Assembly (NCBI GenBank): GCA_024682255.1
Contig: GCA_024682255.1_4716.1
From: a phage
Direction: 5' to 3' (one strand)
Length of the DNA stretch: 64,000 nucleotides
Shown: positions 48,615 to 58,380 of the stretch, in pieces
Position numbering within the stretch: position 1 is the first letter of the stretch
Layout of the letters: every line of letters starts with the position of its first letter
Position numbers and translations under genes: made by a program
The notes under the pieces: generated by a model
Database searches by the model: none
Told to the model about the DNA's origin: nothing
What the model saw: the letters and a program-made list of their open reading frames with translations, nothing else

Positions 48615-48941
48615 TTAATGCAGTTGCTTCTTAAAACCTAATTTAAGAAGCGTCATTCTCTTGTCGATGGTATCTAATGCTTCCAGCAAGGATTCACGCT
48701 GTTCTTTCGTAAGCATATCGACGCGGAGACGTTCGTTAATTTCCGCTTTAAGCTGTATAGGAAGAGTTTGTGTAAGTATGCTATCAGCCTCCATCTCGTA
48801 ACTATTTTTCGGTATGGGTAATGCTTCAGTAACACCAGTGAGATAAAAACCGATAGTGGTTACTCGTTCATCCATTGCTTCTAGCAGTTCAGAACTTACT
48901 TCATCCACGATAGTCCTCCGTATTAGGGTGGGCGTACCCAC
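48615..48941 (-). CDS. Hypothetical protein (108 aa)
   Basis: ORF downstream of thymidylate synthase gene; hairpin 48925-48945. Confidence 0.5.
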   Translation of the reverse strand: MGTPTLIRRTIVDEVSSELLEAMDERVTTIGFYLTGVTEALPIPKNSYEMEADSILTQTLPIQLKAEINERLRVDMLTKEQRESLLEALDTIDKRMTLLKLGFKKQLH

Positions 48942-48955
48942 CCCCAGTTGTTAAT

Positions 48956-49975
48956 TTACACCGCCACCTTAGCCTTGATAGCCGGATGTGATTGATATCC
49001 GACGAACACGAAGTCTTCGTAACGGTAATCCGTAATACTTTCCGGTTTACGTACGATCGTTAGCTTCGGTAACGGATACGGTTCACGGCTGAGCTGCTCT
49101 TTAACCTGTTCGAAGTGGTTGTGATAGATGTGGCAGTCTCCACCCGTCCACACGAACTCGCCAACATCCATATTCAGCTGTTGGGCAAGCATGTGCGTTA
49201 GCAACGAATATGATGCGATGTTGAACGGTGTTCCGAGTAGCACGTCCTGTGATCTCGCGGTCAACATACACGACAAGGCACGCGTCGGTACGTTATGTGC
49301 ATTCAACCAAAGTTCCGTTTCACTATGTCGTACATCATCCGTAACCCACTGAGTTCTTAGTACGTCGTTACGTTGGACATAATCAACGCGTTCATCGATC
49401 GTGAGTTTGTGGGTATAGAACTGATAGAAACTGTGGCATGCGGGAAGCGCCATATCGTCTAAATCACCTACGTTCCACGCGCTAACGATGATCCGTCGAG
49501 AATCAGGATCTTCTTTAAGCTGGCGCATCACGTTTGCAATCTGATCGTGAGGTTTAACATACAAGAGATGTTTGACCATACCGGCGTCAACAACACCGCA
49601 ATACTCATAGCCGCGTTGCATCAACTCACGAGTACGTTCTGTATCGTGCGGAACAACCACTTTGTAGTCGATCCATTCCCGCCATTGTTTGCCGTAAATT
49701 GGTCCTAGATTCCCTTCTTCGTCAGCCCATTCATTCCAAATACGAACACCGTTATCTTGAAGATAAGCAACGTTTGTGTCACCGTTAAGAAACCAGAGCA
49801 GTTCGTGGATAACGCTCTTAAGGTGAATCTTCTTGGTGGTTACCAGCGGGAATCCTTTCTTCAAGTCAAAACGCATCTGACGTCCGAATACGGAACGGGT
49901 CCCGGTGCCTGTACGATCAGCTTTATCGCGACCGTTATCCATGATGTCTTGCAAAAGGTCCAAATACTGTTTCAT
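48956..49975 (-). CDS. thyA: Thymidylate synthase (ThyA family) with two insertions
   Basis: Motifs [41 protein letters not shown], catalytic Cys in [23 protein letters not shown]; 339 aa versus 264 in E. coli. Confidence 0.9.
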   Translation of the reverse strand: MKQYLDLLQDIMDNGRDKADRTGTGTRSVFGRQMRFDLKKGFPLVTTKKIHLKSVIHELLWFLNGDTNVAYLQDNGVRIWNEWADEEGNLGPIYGKQWREWIDYKVVVPHDTERTRELMQRGYEYCGVVDAGMVKHLLYVKPHDQIANVMRQLKEDPDSRRIIVSAWNVGDLDDMALPACHSFYQFYTHKLTIDERVDYVQRNDVLRTQWVTDDVRHSETELWLNAHNVPTRALSCMLTARSQDVLLGTPFNIASYSLLTHMLAQQLNMDVGEFVWTGGDCHIYHNHFEQVKEQLSREPYPLPKLTIVRKPESITDYRYEDFVFVGYQSHPAIKAKVAV

Positions 49976-50175
49976 TTTAATCCTCTAAGTGTTTCAAGTA
50001 GTTCCTGAAATTTATAACGATATTTAGAATCACGTAACGTGTAACAGCAACCAAGTAACACGTTATACGCGTAATCAACTTGTAAACCACGAACCTTCGG
50101 ATCTGACGAAAGATTCAATTGTACATCATCAAAAATCCACGCTTCAACGTTCCTCTTGTGTTCCTTCGTTAACAT
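49972..50175 (-). CDS. Hypothetical small protein (about 67 aa)
   Basis: ORF 49972-50184; ATG 50175 with GAGGTG RBS; overlaps thyA start by 4 nt. Confidence 0.5.
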   Translation of the reverse strand: MLTKEHKRNVEAWIFDDVQLNLSSDPKVRGLQVDYAYNVLLGCCYTLRDSKYRYKFQELLETLRGLK

Positions 50176-50306
50176 CGTTTTCACCTCGTCGTAAAAGTAA
50201 ATAGAGTTTTGTCGAGACGCCCTAATTACTTACAACGTCGGTTCCCCCGGCTTCAGAGAATTCTCAAAATCCGTTAGTTTTGATAGACAGGGTAAGACGG
50301 CATAAA

Positions 50307-50327
50307 AGCCTCCCGTAACGGGAGGCT
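50307..50327 (-). terminator. Terminator-like hairpin
   Basis: AGCCTCCCG-TAA-CGGGAGGCT preceded by CATAAA. Confidence 0.55.
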
Positions 50328-50339
50328 CCATTAATCAGT

Positions 50340-50888
50340 TTATTTCACAAGAACAGCGAATTCGAGAACGTAAATATTCTCGTCATCCATCGGATTTGTC
50401 GTGGTATAACCAACGAAACAATAACCCATATCCACGATAAATTCATTAAGTTTATCGATGGCCGATGCCTGGATGCGATCGTCAACAGACAAACAGCATT
50501 TACGGGTTATGTTCCGCCCACGAGGAACGCCAGCTAACACGCACAGGAAATGCACAATCCGGTTATTGGTTGCGAACTGCGCGTAATCATTGTAGCGTTT
50601 AAGGTCTTTCATCGTAGACTCTACCGTCATACGGCGACCGGGCGACACGTACTCAGAATAAGAATAAGCTGTGATTGTACGACGGTCTTCAGTTAAGTAA
50701 GTGTTCCCTTCGGGGTAGTAGTCTACGCCATCGCCATCAGCATCCACCACGGTTACAACAGGTGCACCGTACTCGTTACGATCAAAGTAAACTTTGCTCT
50801 TTTCCGAAATAGGAACGATAGTGCAAGGTTTTGCGTTGTTCTCATCTGGAAGATCGTAACCGCTCATCATTTTCAAAAACATAGACAT
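50340..50888 (-). CDS. Paralog family protein A (182 aa)
   Basis: Homologous along its length to 50975-51508 (shared NNAKP, TITAYSYS, conserved C-terminal half). Confidence 0.65.
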   Translation of the reverse strand: MSMFLKMMSGYDLPDENNAKPCTIVPISEKSKVYFDRNEYGAPVVTVVDADGDGVDYYPEGNTYLTEDRRTITAYSYSEYVSPGRRMTVESTMKDLKRYNDYAQFATNNRIVHFLCVLAGVPRGRNITRKCCLSVDDRIQASAIDKLNEFIVDMGYCFVGYTTTNPMDDENIYVLEFAVLVK

Positions 50889-50974
50889 AATAGAACCTCA
50901 TGATAATAGATAATAGAAATGATAGATAGTACAACAAATTGAGGGGGTATTATCCCACCCCCTCGTAGGGATTA

Positions 50975-51508
50975 CTACTTAACGATCGCGATGATTTTAC
51001 CGGCCGCACCGGCGTAATATGCCGTTAATTCACCAGTAAACAACTCTTGTAAAAGACGATTTACGTGACTAACAAAGTTAGGATTGTCTGATTTTACAAA
51101 CTCGATATTGCGCGTTTGTTTTATATCACGATCGATTAAACGGATTTCTAACAACGCACAAATAAGGCGATCGTCGAGTTTACCACTCGTATCCAACACT
51201 TCCCCATACGTCGTAGCACGGACGTCCGCATACATACGGTCAACATCATCCTTCCCAAAACCACAGGAATAGGCGTACGTTGCGATGGTATTACCGTTGT
51301 CCATCACGTAAACGTTACCGCCCGGGTAATCGATAAATCGTTGATCCTTATCGCCATGAGCGACGAACTCCAGTGTCGGTCTACCCATCGAATCACGGTT
51401 GAATTCAATTGTGGTCAAGCGATCTGGTACCACATGCAACGTAAACGGTTTTGCATTGTTACGATCGCTAGTATCACAGTTAGCCATTACTTTTACAATA
51501 ACACTCAT
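50975..51508 (-). CDS. Paralog family protein B (177 aa)
   Basis: Homologous to 50340-50888. Confidence 0.65.
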   Translation of the reverse strand: MSVIVKVMANCDTSDRNNAKPFTLHVVPDRLTTIEFNRDSMGRPTLEFVAHGDKDQRFIDYPGGNVYVMDNGNTIATYAYSCGFGKDDVDRMYADVRATTYGEVLDTSGKLDDRLICALLEIRLIDRDIKQTRNIEFVKSDNPNFVSHVNRLLQELFTGELTAYYAGAAGKIIAIVK

Positions 51509-51582
51509 GTTTTATTCCTTAGTAGTCCTAGTAGTAGTATTGAGGAATTTCACCTCATTAGATAGTCTAATTTAGTAATGTT

Positions 51583-51915
51583 TTACTGAAACAAGACATT
51601 AAATTCGACGAGATACCCATCGGATCTATCGCCGCGATATCTGTTGCAGAAAACACCGAATTTCATCAAGAACTCGCATAACTCTTCGGCTTTGTATAAC
51701 GGAATACGATTTTCGTCGAGCAGAGGACACTTATGGCTAACCCGCTCCGACGAATCAACGCAACACAAATAAAGAAGGAATCGAACAATAGCTCGGTTCT
51801 TAGTGAAGCTCTCGAATTCACCCGCGGTTCTGAACTCATCGAGGAGCTTTGTCGTTTTCTTCAATCGTTCACGATCAAGCATGTTAACCTCAATACGAAC
51901 ATAACCCTCCTCCAA
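51583..51915 (-). CDS. Paralog family protein C (110 aa; C-terminal domain only)
   Basis: Aligns with C-terminal halves of paralogs A and B (NR.IV.FL..L, C.L.D..RI, Y..EF.VL). Confidence 0.6.
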   Translation of the reverse strand: MEEGYVRIEVNMLDRERLKKTTKLLDEFRTAGEFESFTKNRAIVRFLLYLCCVDSSERVSHKCPLLDENRIPLYKAEELCEFLMKFGVFCNRYRGDRSDGYLVEFNVLFQ

Positions 51916-51936
51916 CCCATCAGGGAAGGAGGAGGG
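51905..51936 (-). terminator. Conserved 32-nt hairpin element, copy 3 (variant)
   Basis: CCCTCCTCC-AACCCATCAGGGAA-GGAGGAGGG with the same CATAA and ATATGCTGTTATTCTGTT flanks as copies 1-2. Confidence 0.6.
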
Positions 51937-51945
51937 AATATGCTG

Positions 51946-52260
51946 TTATTCTGTTTTCGGTGTCGAACCGTTCTTCTTGAAGTCGGATTCGTATTTCACG
52001 TTAGAATCGAGAACCTCACGAACGGTTTTATCTGTACAACCACGGGCGATGTATGCATTAAGATCGTCGCGTAATTTACGCATCGTTGTTTTATCCGCAT
52101 CAGAAATATCTGACTTGGTAAGACGGAATGCAATTGCATCACGAACTTTATTCAGCGTTGCTGGATTATTACGCTGTTCTGCAAATACCGCTTTGATGAA
52201 TGTACCGCTATCTTTCGAAGCGATGGCGGCATCAAGAATTTCAATATGCTTTTCAGACAT
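51946..52260 (-). CDS. Hypothetical protein (104 aa)
   Basis: ORF in minus operon. Confidence 0.55.
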   Translation of the reverse strand: MSEKHIEILDAAIASKDSGTFIKAVFAEQRNNPATLNKVRDAIAFRLTKSDISDADKTTMRKLRDDLNAYIARGCTDKTVREVLDSNVKYESDFKKNGSTPKTE

Positions 52261-52311
52261 CTTCTTTCCTTTAATAAACGATCATCGTCATATTCATTGC
52301 GCAGGGTGCTA

Positions 52312-53637
52312 TCACTTCAGTAGCTTAGACGTCGCCATGCTTCGCGCTAACGCAACGTCATACGCATCCATGATCGCGTCACCGATAGCGGTATGACGGA
52401 TCAACGGAATACCCATGTCTGGATACTCTTTGGTGCCTAAGATGGATACCGGTTTGTCTTGATACGCAGCAATCATCGAACGGATATCCTGAACCTGGTT
52501 ATAACGACAAACTGGCTTAAAGCCCGCTTTACGGAACCAATGCTCTAATTGAGGCCAATCTGTTTCACCGCGAGCAAGATAATAGAAGGTATCTTTACCG
52601 TAGTATTCAGTCATTTTGTCACGAATACTGTTGACGAACGCATTTACTTCGGCGATGGCTTCTTTATAACCCATTGCCTTACAATGTTGAAAACAATAGT
52701 CGCGCGCTTCCTTTGGTGCTTTGGTTTGCCACCATTCTACTGTTGATTCACTGATACGACCGCCGTCAGCGATTTGACCATGAACGTCAGGGAAGATATC
52801 TATACGCGGACCGTTAACAATGGATTCTGGATTAGCCAGATCGAAGAACACGATACCGATTTCCAGCAATACTCCATTCTTTTCCAGACTAAGGTTTTCA
52901 ACATCTAAACAAAATGCAGGCTTCTCTACCGCTAACGGCTCGAACGAATGGTTGCTGGTATCCGATTCGGTTTTAAGTTCGACGACAACCGGATCGGTAT
53001 CCGTAGGTTTCAGTTCTACTACAGCATCATCGAGTCCCGATAACGAAAAATAGTCTTCGAAGAAATCGGGTATCGTCATACCATGCAAATTGATATCGCA
53101 ATCTTCCAACCATTGCTTCAACTGGTGCTCACCGGCATGAATCGCTAAACGACATGGTCCGGAACGATCATCTAGCGCTGCATCGATCCAGAAGAAAGCA
53201 CGTATAAGTAAGTAAGGATTATACTCCGCGATGATTTCTTGGCTAGCCGAGAAATCGTACACCATTAGTTGTATTATTCCCTTACGTGTGTTATACGGAT
53301 CAACTTTCAATCGACGCACTATTTCTTCTACGAATTCCAGCGCACGCGTGTACGATGTGGACCCACCTTGTTCATACGAACATATACCCGTCAAAAGTTC
53401 CTTATAGGACGCATATGGAACCATAGGCGATAATTTGTACGACAGTTCAGTATTGTAATTATCGCATAATTTCTTCGGGGCGATAGCATCCTGTATCGCT
53501 GTAATAAACGCCGGTCCATCAATATCAAACAACCATCCTTGACGCCGGTATGCAGTGTATCGTAATAACGCACCGATAACTGCCTGGGGCGGTGTATATT
53601 CTTTCCCGTTAATTTCAAACAGTAGTTTGCTCATCAT
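52312..53637 (-). CDS. Two-domain protein (441 aa): unknown N-terminal domain fused to DEDDh-type 3'-5' exonuclease domain
   Basis: C-terminal half carries Exo I-like LDVENLSLE and Exo III-like HTAIGDAIMDAYDVA (H.A..DA) motifs. Confidence 0.6.
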   Translation of the reverse strand: MMSKLLFEINGKEYTPPQAVIGALLRYTAYRRQGWLFDIDGPAFITAIQDAIAPKKLCDNYNTELSYKLSPMVPYASYKELLTGICSYEQGGSTSYTRALEFVEEIVRRLKVDPYNTRKGIIQLMVYDFSASQEIIAEYNPYLLIRAFFWIDAALDDRSGPCRLAIHAGEHQLKQWLEDCDINLHGMTIPDFFEDYFSLSGLDDAVVELKPTDTDPVVVELKTESDTSNHSFEPLAVEKPAFCLDVENLSLEKNGVLLEIGIVFFDLANPESIVNGPRIDIFPDVHGQIADGGRISESTVEWWQTKAPKEARDYCFQHCKAMGYKEAIAEVNAFVNSIRDKMTEYYGKDTFYYLARGETDWPQLEHWFRKAGFKPVCRYNQVQDIRSMIAAYQDKPVSILGTKEYPDMGIPLIRHTAIGDAIMDAYDVALARSMATSKLLK

Positions 53638-53649
53638 AACACCTTTTCA

Positions 53650-53985
53650 TTATTCTGGTTTATCTGTTGTCAGGCCGAGTCCAGTCAATATCGCGTAGTC
53701 GTACCAAGCTTTTACTTTTGCTTTCGCTTCATCTAAACTATCGGCGTTGATGTGTGGAAACTCATCGTTGACTGGGAAAGGTAAATCGCAGTCGTAGCTG
53801 GTATAATCCTTCCAACCTTTCCACTCGATAGTTAAAGAACCAAAAACGGTCTCAGCGACAACATGGTTATAGCGGCATTCTTCACATGGCGTACGCTCTT
53901 CCGACCAAACAAGCTCGTGTTGCGCTAAAAGTTGTTGTACGACCGATAATGGCTGCTCTTCATTAAGTTCGATGCTGTCTATCAT
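53650..53985 (-). CDS. Hypothetical protein (111 aa)
   Basis: ORF; 4-nt overlap with upstream gene. Confidence 0.5.
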   Translation of the reverse strand: MIDSIELNEEQPLSVVQQLLAQHELVWSEERTPCEECRYNHVVAETVFGSLTIEWKGWKDYTSYDCDLPFPVNDEFPHINADSLDEAKAKVKAWYDYAILTGLGLTTDKPE

Positions 53986-54578
53986 CGCATACCCTCCTTT
54001 TCCTTATCGTAATCGCTGCAAATATTGACAAACGCCGTATTATCAGACAGCGTGCTGACCATCTGACGGATTGCGTCCAACGGTTCAAGTTTAGGATTGA
54101 TTGATTCACCGGTCAACGCGCTTATTGCTCGTGTGATCTCAACCAAATCAACGTTCGGGTCTTTGTCATCAATAATGAGCAGATTCTTCGCCGGTTTCTG
54201 ACGACGTTTGATGATCAACAAATACGTGATGAGGTTCTCACGCCAAGCGTCAGAATCCAGATTGCGTATCAGGGTTAACGCACGACGTTCTTCCGCCCAT
54301 GATGGTTTCTCGCGGATAACAGGCATGTAAGATAATTGCTCAGCAAGCCCTTTCAAACTGACGCGGTTTGTACCACCGGGGTGCTCACTAATCCGCAACA
54401 TCTCGGCTAACAGACGGACATAGGCGGTTGTTGTCGAAACACCCCGCAACGGCAGGAACACATTATGTCCTGGAACCCCATCATGACTCAGCGGTGCGAT
54501 ATATGCCATGAATCGCCGAATGTCATCGTCGGTCTGTTCTCCAGCAACGAACTTAAACGCTTCACGTAAAACGCTCAC
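53982..54578 (-). CDS. Hypothetical protein (198 aa)
   Basis: ORF in coupled operon. Confidence 0.6.
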   Translation of the reverse strand: MSVLREAFKFVAGEQTDDDIRRFMAYIAPLSHDGVPGHNVFLPLRGVSTTTAYVRLLAEMLRISEHPGGTNRVSLKGLAEQLSYMPVIREKPSWAEERRALTLIRNLDSDAWRENLITYLLIIKRRQKPAKNLLIIDDKDPNVDLVEITRAISALTGESINPKLEPLDAIRQMVSTLSDNTAFVNICSDYDKEKEGMR

Positions 54579-54864
54579 TATGAAGTCTCCTTAATGTTTC
54601 TTGTATACGCAGTCTCTCCGGCAGGTACAGACGTTTGTATAGATCAACTAACAGATAACGCATAACGGAAGCAACCACCAGGTATTCACCTTCAGCTTCC
54701 GAATAACGTATCATGTTAATTGGGTAATTCAAATAAGAATAAGAAAAGAGATCATCGTTGGTGAGGCGATGATCTTCAAGATACTGACGAAACAATTTTG
54801 CTAAGGCATCGTACTCCATTCCGTAGTAACACAACGACACCTGTCTTGCAGATAGTCGTTTCAT
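54562..54864 (-). CDS. Hypothetical protein (100 aa)
   Basis: ORF in coupled operon. Confidence 0.5.
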   Translation of the reverse strand: MKRLSARQVSLCYYGMEYDALAKLFRQYLEDHRLTNDDLFSYSYLNYPINMIRYSEAEGEYLVVASVMRYLLVDLYKRLYLPERLRIQETLRRLHSERFT

Positions 54865-55703
54865 GCTGGGTTACCTTTTAGTTTTCCACGTACCATGTCG
54901 ACAACGCGTGAGGGATCAGAAATAACAGTGGCGATAAGATGATCGATAGGTAAGTCGAGAATGATATTCTTCAGCTGGAAAGCCGTATCTTTACGACGCA
55001 CGCCGTAGAACACACCATCTTTAAACACAACCTCGTACGAAATGGGGAGCTGGCTAATAACCGTGTTAGCGTAATCACCCAACCACATCGACCCCGCCAT
55101 CAGATGCGCACAAACCGCATGACTAATACGCACATCTTTGTTCTTCCGGCTAACGTCTTTGGTTTTCGACATGGTAACCAGAAGCTCACCGATCTTACTC
55201 AGCATATCGTCGTATACCCCAAAGAACTTAATCAGTTGTCGGGCACCTAACGATATATATGTTTCTCGCGGTAAGACACAACACACCTGCGGTAACGTTC
55301 CAACCCCATAGACACAACTGTGTGGTGATAATGGGAGCAAATCAGCAACCGCGTTCTTGATGTTGTTATACTCAACGATATCGTTGAACGGTGAAAGACC
55401 TTTCGTAATCGGTTTATCGATCGCCACATCGAACTCCGCGAACGTCCATGCTGCTTTACGGGGTTCCCCTGTCAGGTACGGTGGAGCCAGTACCGCAACA
55501 ACACGAAGTCGATGTTCATGGGTATCACGTAGCTTAAGTTGGATACTCCCATCGTCACCCTCACGCACAAGTGAGTAGCGGCTTGCGCAGTCATCACATA
55601 CCACCGTTGGTTCGTGTTGACCGTATGCTGCAAGCATCGGTTTACTAAGATCTTTATCACAGTGTTTACAGCGATGATCCTGTTCCTGATAACTGATTTT
55701 CAC
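54861..55703 (-). CDS. Zinc-ribbon protein (280 aa)
   Basis: N-terminal CKHC...CDDC four-Cys motif. Confidence 0.6.
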   Translation of the reverse strand: MKISYQEQDHRCKHCDKDLSKPMLAAYGQHEPTVVCDDCASRYSLVREGDDGSIQLKLRDTHEHRLRVVAVLAPPYLTGEPRKAAWTFAEFDVAIDKPITKGLSPFNDIVEYNNIKNAVADLLPLSPHSCVYGVGTLPQVCCVLPRETYISLGARQLIKFFGVYDDMLSKIGELLVTMSKTKDVSRKNKDVRISHAVCAHLMAGSMWLGDYANTVISQLPISYEVVFKDGVFYGVRRKDTAFQLKNIILDLPIDHLIATVISDPSRVVDMVRGKLKGNPA

Positions 55704-55718
55704 ACCGAGACTCCTTTG

Positions 55719-56675
55719 TTAATGCAAGACACGATCTGCCGGAATTATCGAGGCATTGCTGTCGGACAGATTCGTCGCTTTACGATCAGGACTGAATCGA
55801 CGAGCGTTCTCTTCATGGTGGTTGACAGGATTATCCTGTTTTAACAGTTCCATTGCCTCATCAAACGTTAGTTCCCGAAATCCTCGTGGATAGAGGAACA
55901 GGGGTTCATCAACATCCAGCCCTTTAACAAACCCGTGCGACAACCAGACGCTACCATCAGCACTGTAAAGAACCGGCTCAACGTCATAATCCAAGACGTA
56001 TTGATACCAATAATTAAACAGTTGAGCAATCCACCGATTACGTAATAAGTAATCGATCACAACCGCACTACGCACGCTGTGGCACCAGCCGATCTTACCA
56101 TCAACTTTCTGCAACAACGTACCCTCATTTGCTTGATGAATAACCGCATTAAATAACCACGCAAGATCGGTTGCGAAAAGTGCGGCTTCTTGAATATCGC
56201 TGATGTAACGCATGGGTATCGTCAGATGTGTGCGGTAATGCGACATCGCCTCTTCGTAGTTGTCTCCTTCGATACAGAGAGTCCCGTTTGGTGACAGATG
56301 CCCTTGATTCAACGACTGACCAATATAAAGATCAGCGATCGCGTTAATATGTTCTACGGTGCCCAAGGTTAACTCAGACATAAAACAATCGACATCAACA
56401 GCCATCGATGTACTGGAAACAAACGGATTGGTTGGGCGAGTTGTATTAGAGAAAATAATCGACCAAATCGCTTCGTGTTTTTCATCCGATGGTAAAAACG
56501 AAATATGGCGTTCTGCGCTATTATCGACAACAAATACCTTTACGGTTTTCAAACAGCTAGTACAAACGTAACATGTGTTCGGCAACGGCATATCCGAAAA
56601 CATATCGTAACGAATCGATGCCAACGAAATATCATATCCGCAATGAGGGCATGTCGTATCAATAAGCGTTTTCAT
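55719..56675 (-). CDS. Zinc-ribbon protein (318 aa)
   Basis: N-terminal CPHC...CYVCTSC Cys cluster. Confidence 0.6.
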   Translation of the reverse strand: MKTLIDTTCPHCGYDISLASIRYDMFSDMPLPNTCYVCTSCLKTVKVFVVDNSAERHISFLPSDEKHEAIWSIIFSNTTRPTNPFVSSTSMAVDVDCFMSELTLGTVEHINAIADLYIGQSLNQGHLSPNGTLCIEGDNYEEAMSHYRTHLTIPMRYISDIQEAALFATDLAWLFNAVIHQANEGTLLQKVDGKIGWCHSVRSAVVIDYLLRNRWIAQLFNYWYQYVLDYDVEPVLYSADGSVWLSHGFVKGLDVDEPLFLYPRGFRELTFDEAMELLKQDNPVNHHEENARRFSPDRKATNLSDSNASIIPADRVLH

Positions 56676-56938
56676 TATTGAATTCCTTTTGATAAGAATA
56701 ACTGAATATCGGTAAACTGTTCTTCAGGAACATCGTCAGCGGCCGTTAGAACCTTAGGGCCGTGTTCATTGAGGTAAGCTTCCCGTTGACAACGATGACG
56801 TCGATTGGCTTCCTGGAACTCAGTGTCCGTCATGTAAACCAGCGTAAACTTCGAACGTTTATTCGGATTGTATCTCTTATTACGTTTCTTTGGTTTCTTC
56901 GCCATAATAGCCTCGTGAAGGTGGATGGATACACCCAT
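56675..56938 (-). CDS. Small basic protein (87 aa)
   Basis: ORF; Lys/Arg-rich N-terminus KKPKKRNKRYNPNKRSK; 1-nt overlap with downstream gene. Confidence 0.5.
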   Translation of the reverse strand: MGVSIHLHEAIMAKKPKKRNKRYNPNKRSKFTLVYMTDTEFQEANRRHRCQREAYLNEHGPKVLTAADDVPEEQFTDIQLFLSKGIQ

Positions 56939-56953
56939 CCACCTCCCTCCATG

Positions 56954-57475
56954 TTAAAGTGCGTTCAATTCTTCAGGTGTACGTACAGTACGCGTGTTGG
57001 GGTCAACCATTGCTGGCACGCCCGCTGGACATTTACGGACATCGATTCGCATCTCCGGCTCGATCGGACGAACGCGATACGTTTTGCCATCATCGGTTAA
57101 CACCGAAATGGTCAACGCCTGATTCAATTCACTAACGAAGTTCACCAAACGTTGTTGTCCGCCCTTCGACCAGAAGTTAAGATCGGTTTCTCCATTGAAA
57201 TAACTGATTCCATCAGCGGTTCCAATCGTGATTTTAACGATACCTGGATAGTCACGAAGAAGAGGTGCCTGATAACCTTCATCTTCCGTATCCAGTTTTA
57301 CCCACGCGCCTCCCGTAGACAAGCAGTTAACTTCCAAGGCGGTTGGTGCGCTGACTTCCGCCGATGACCAGGTATACATCGTGCCTAGTTTAGCGTGTCC
57401 GGTTTCCAGTTCGCTATAATCCCAAGCATGTGCTGAAGCCGTAATAAATAAAGCCGCAAGAAACAACTTTTTCAT
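56954..57475 (-). CDS. Secreted periplasmic protein (173 aa)
   Basis: Signal peptide MKKLFLAALFITASAHA. Confidence 0.6.
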   Translation of the reverse strand: MKKLFLAALFITASAHAWDYSELETGHAKLGTMYTWSSAEVSAPTALEVNCLSTGGAWVKLDTEDEGYQAPLLRDYPGIVKITIGTADGISYFNGETDLNFWSKGGQQRLVNFVSELNQALTISVLTDDGKTYRVRPIEPEMRIDVRKCPAGVPAMVDPNTRTVRTPEELNAL

Positions 57476-57529
57476 TCTTTCGATTCCTATTAAAAGTGAC
57501 CGATTTCTGTGGTCGAGATTGCTAATAAA

Positions 57530-57991
57530 TTAATTCCGGTTTTGTTTCCGTATTGCACGGTTACGTTTACGTTCTTGGTCTTTGACCGCACCAAGAAACT
57601 TCTTTAATTCTGACGGTTCGAGTGTACCCTCCCGTACCGCACCGTTTTGTTCGATATGGTACGACCAGTAACCAACTTCAGCCGTTAAGGATAACGTTGT
57701 CGGTTGCTCATCGGGTAACGATCGGGGTGAAAAAATAAAGAGTAATTCAAAAGGCGTTTCTCGGCTGATGGTAGGACGGATACTCACGTCAAGCCCCTCC
57801 CATCGCTGAGGTTTAAATATTCCTCCGGCGGCGATGATTGTCTCCGAGCGCTGGTCTACAAGCTCAGCTAATTCACGATCATCATTGAAATAAATATCGT
57901 GAAGGATATCCGTATCGATAAAAAACCCGCGATCCGAATCGTGACGAACAATGGAATTCTTCATTCTAACGCCTTTATTGTTTGTTTTCAT
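57530..57991 (-). CDS. Hypothetical protein (153 aa)
   Basis: ORF in minus operon. Confidence 0.55.
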   Translation of the reverse strand: MKTNNKGVRMKNSIVRHDSDRGFFIDTDILHDIYFNDDRELAELVDQRSETIIAAGGIFKPQRWEGLDVSIRPTISRETPFELLFIFSPRSLPDEQPTTLSLTAEVGYWSYHIEQNGAVREGTLEPSELKKFLGAVKDQERKRNRAIRKQNRN

Positions 57992-58038
57992 GTCCTATAC
58001 GAACATGAAAAACCGTTAATTTTTACCGTAGTCGTGTG

Positions 58039-58314
58039 TTAAAAATCCACACCGCGACCCATCATCGACGAAGGAACCGCGCGATAATAGAAGTAGATGT
58101 AATGGTCACGATGGCTAAAATAGTTTTTGCAAGCATAGAACTCTCCAGATCCAATGAATGATTTAATACGTGTAACTTGAGGGTGTCGTGTGAGTAACGC
58201 CTGTAGAACGATTTCCATTTGGTGTGCGCTCAAACCCGGTCGAGCTGCAACATGATAATGAAGCTCCTTAAGAAATCGCTTCCAGGGATCGGGTTGTGTC
58301 AATGATCGAGGCAT
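58039..58314 (-). CDS. Hypothetical protein (91 aa)
   Basis: ORF; terminator hairpin 58352-58371 upstream. Confidence 0.5.
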   Translation of the reverse strand: MPRSLTQPDPWKRFLKELHYHVAARPGLSAHQMEIVLQALLTRHPQVTRIKSFIGSGEFYACKNYFSHRDHYIYFYYRAVPSSMMGRGVDF

Positions 58315-58351
58315 CTTTATCTCCTTAACAGGTGCTGGTAACGCAGCATAA

Positions 58352-58371
58352 GCCCTCCCCGAAGGGAGGGC
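58352..58371 (-). terminator. Terminator-like hairpin with GNRA loop
   Basis: GCCCTCCC-CGAA-GGGAGGGC preceded by CATAA. Confidence 0.6.
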
Positions 58372-58380
58372 GGTTAACGA

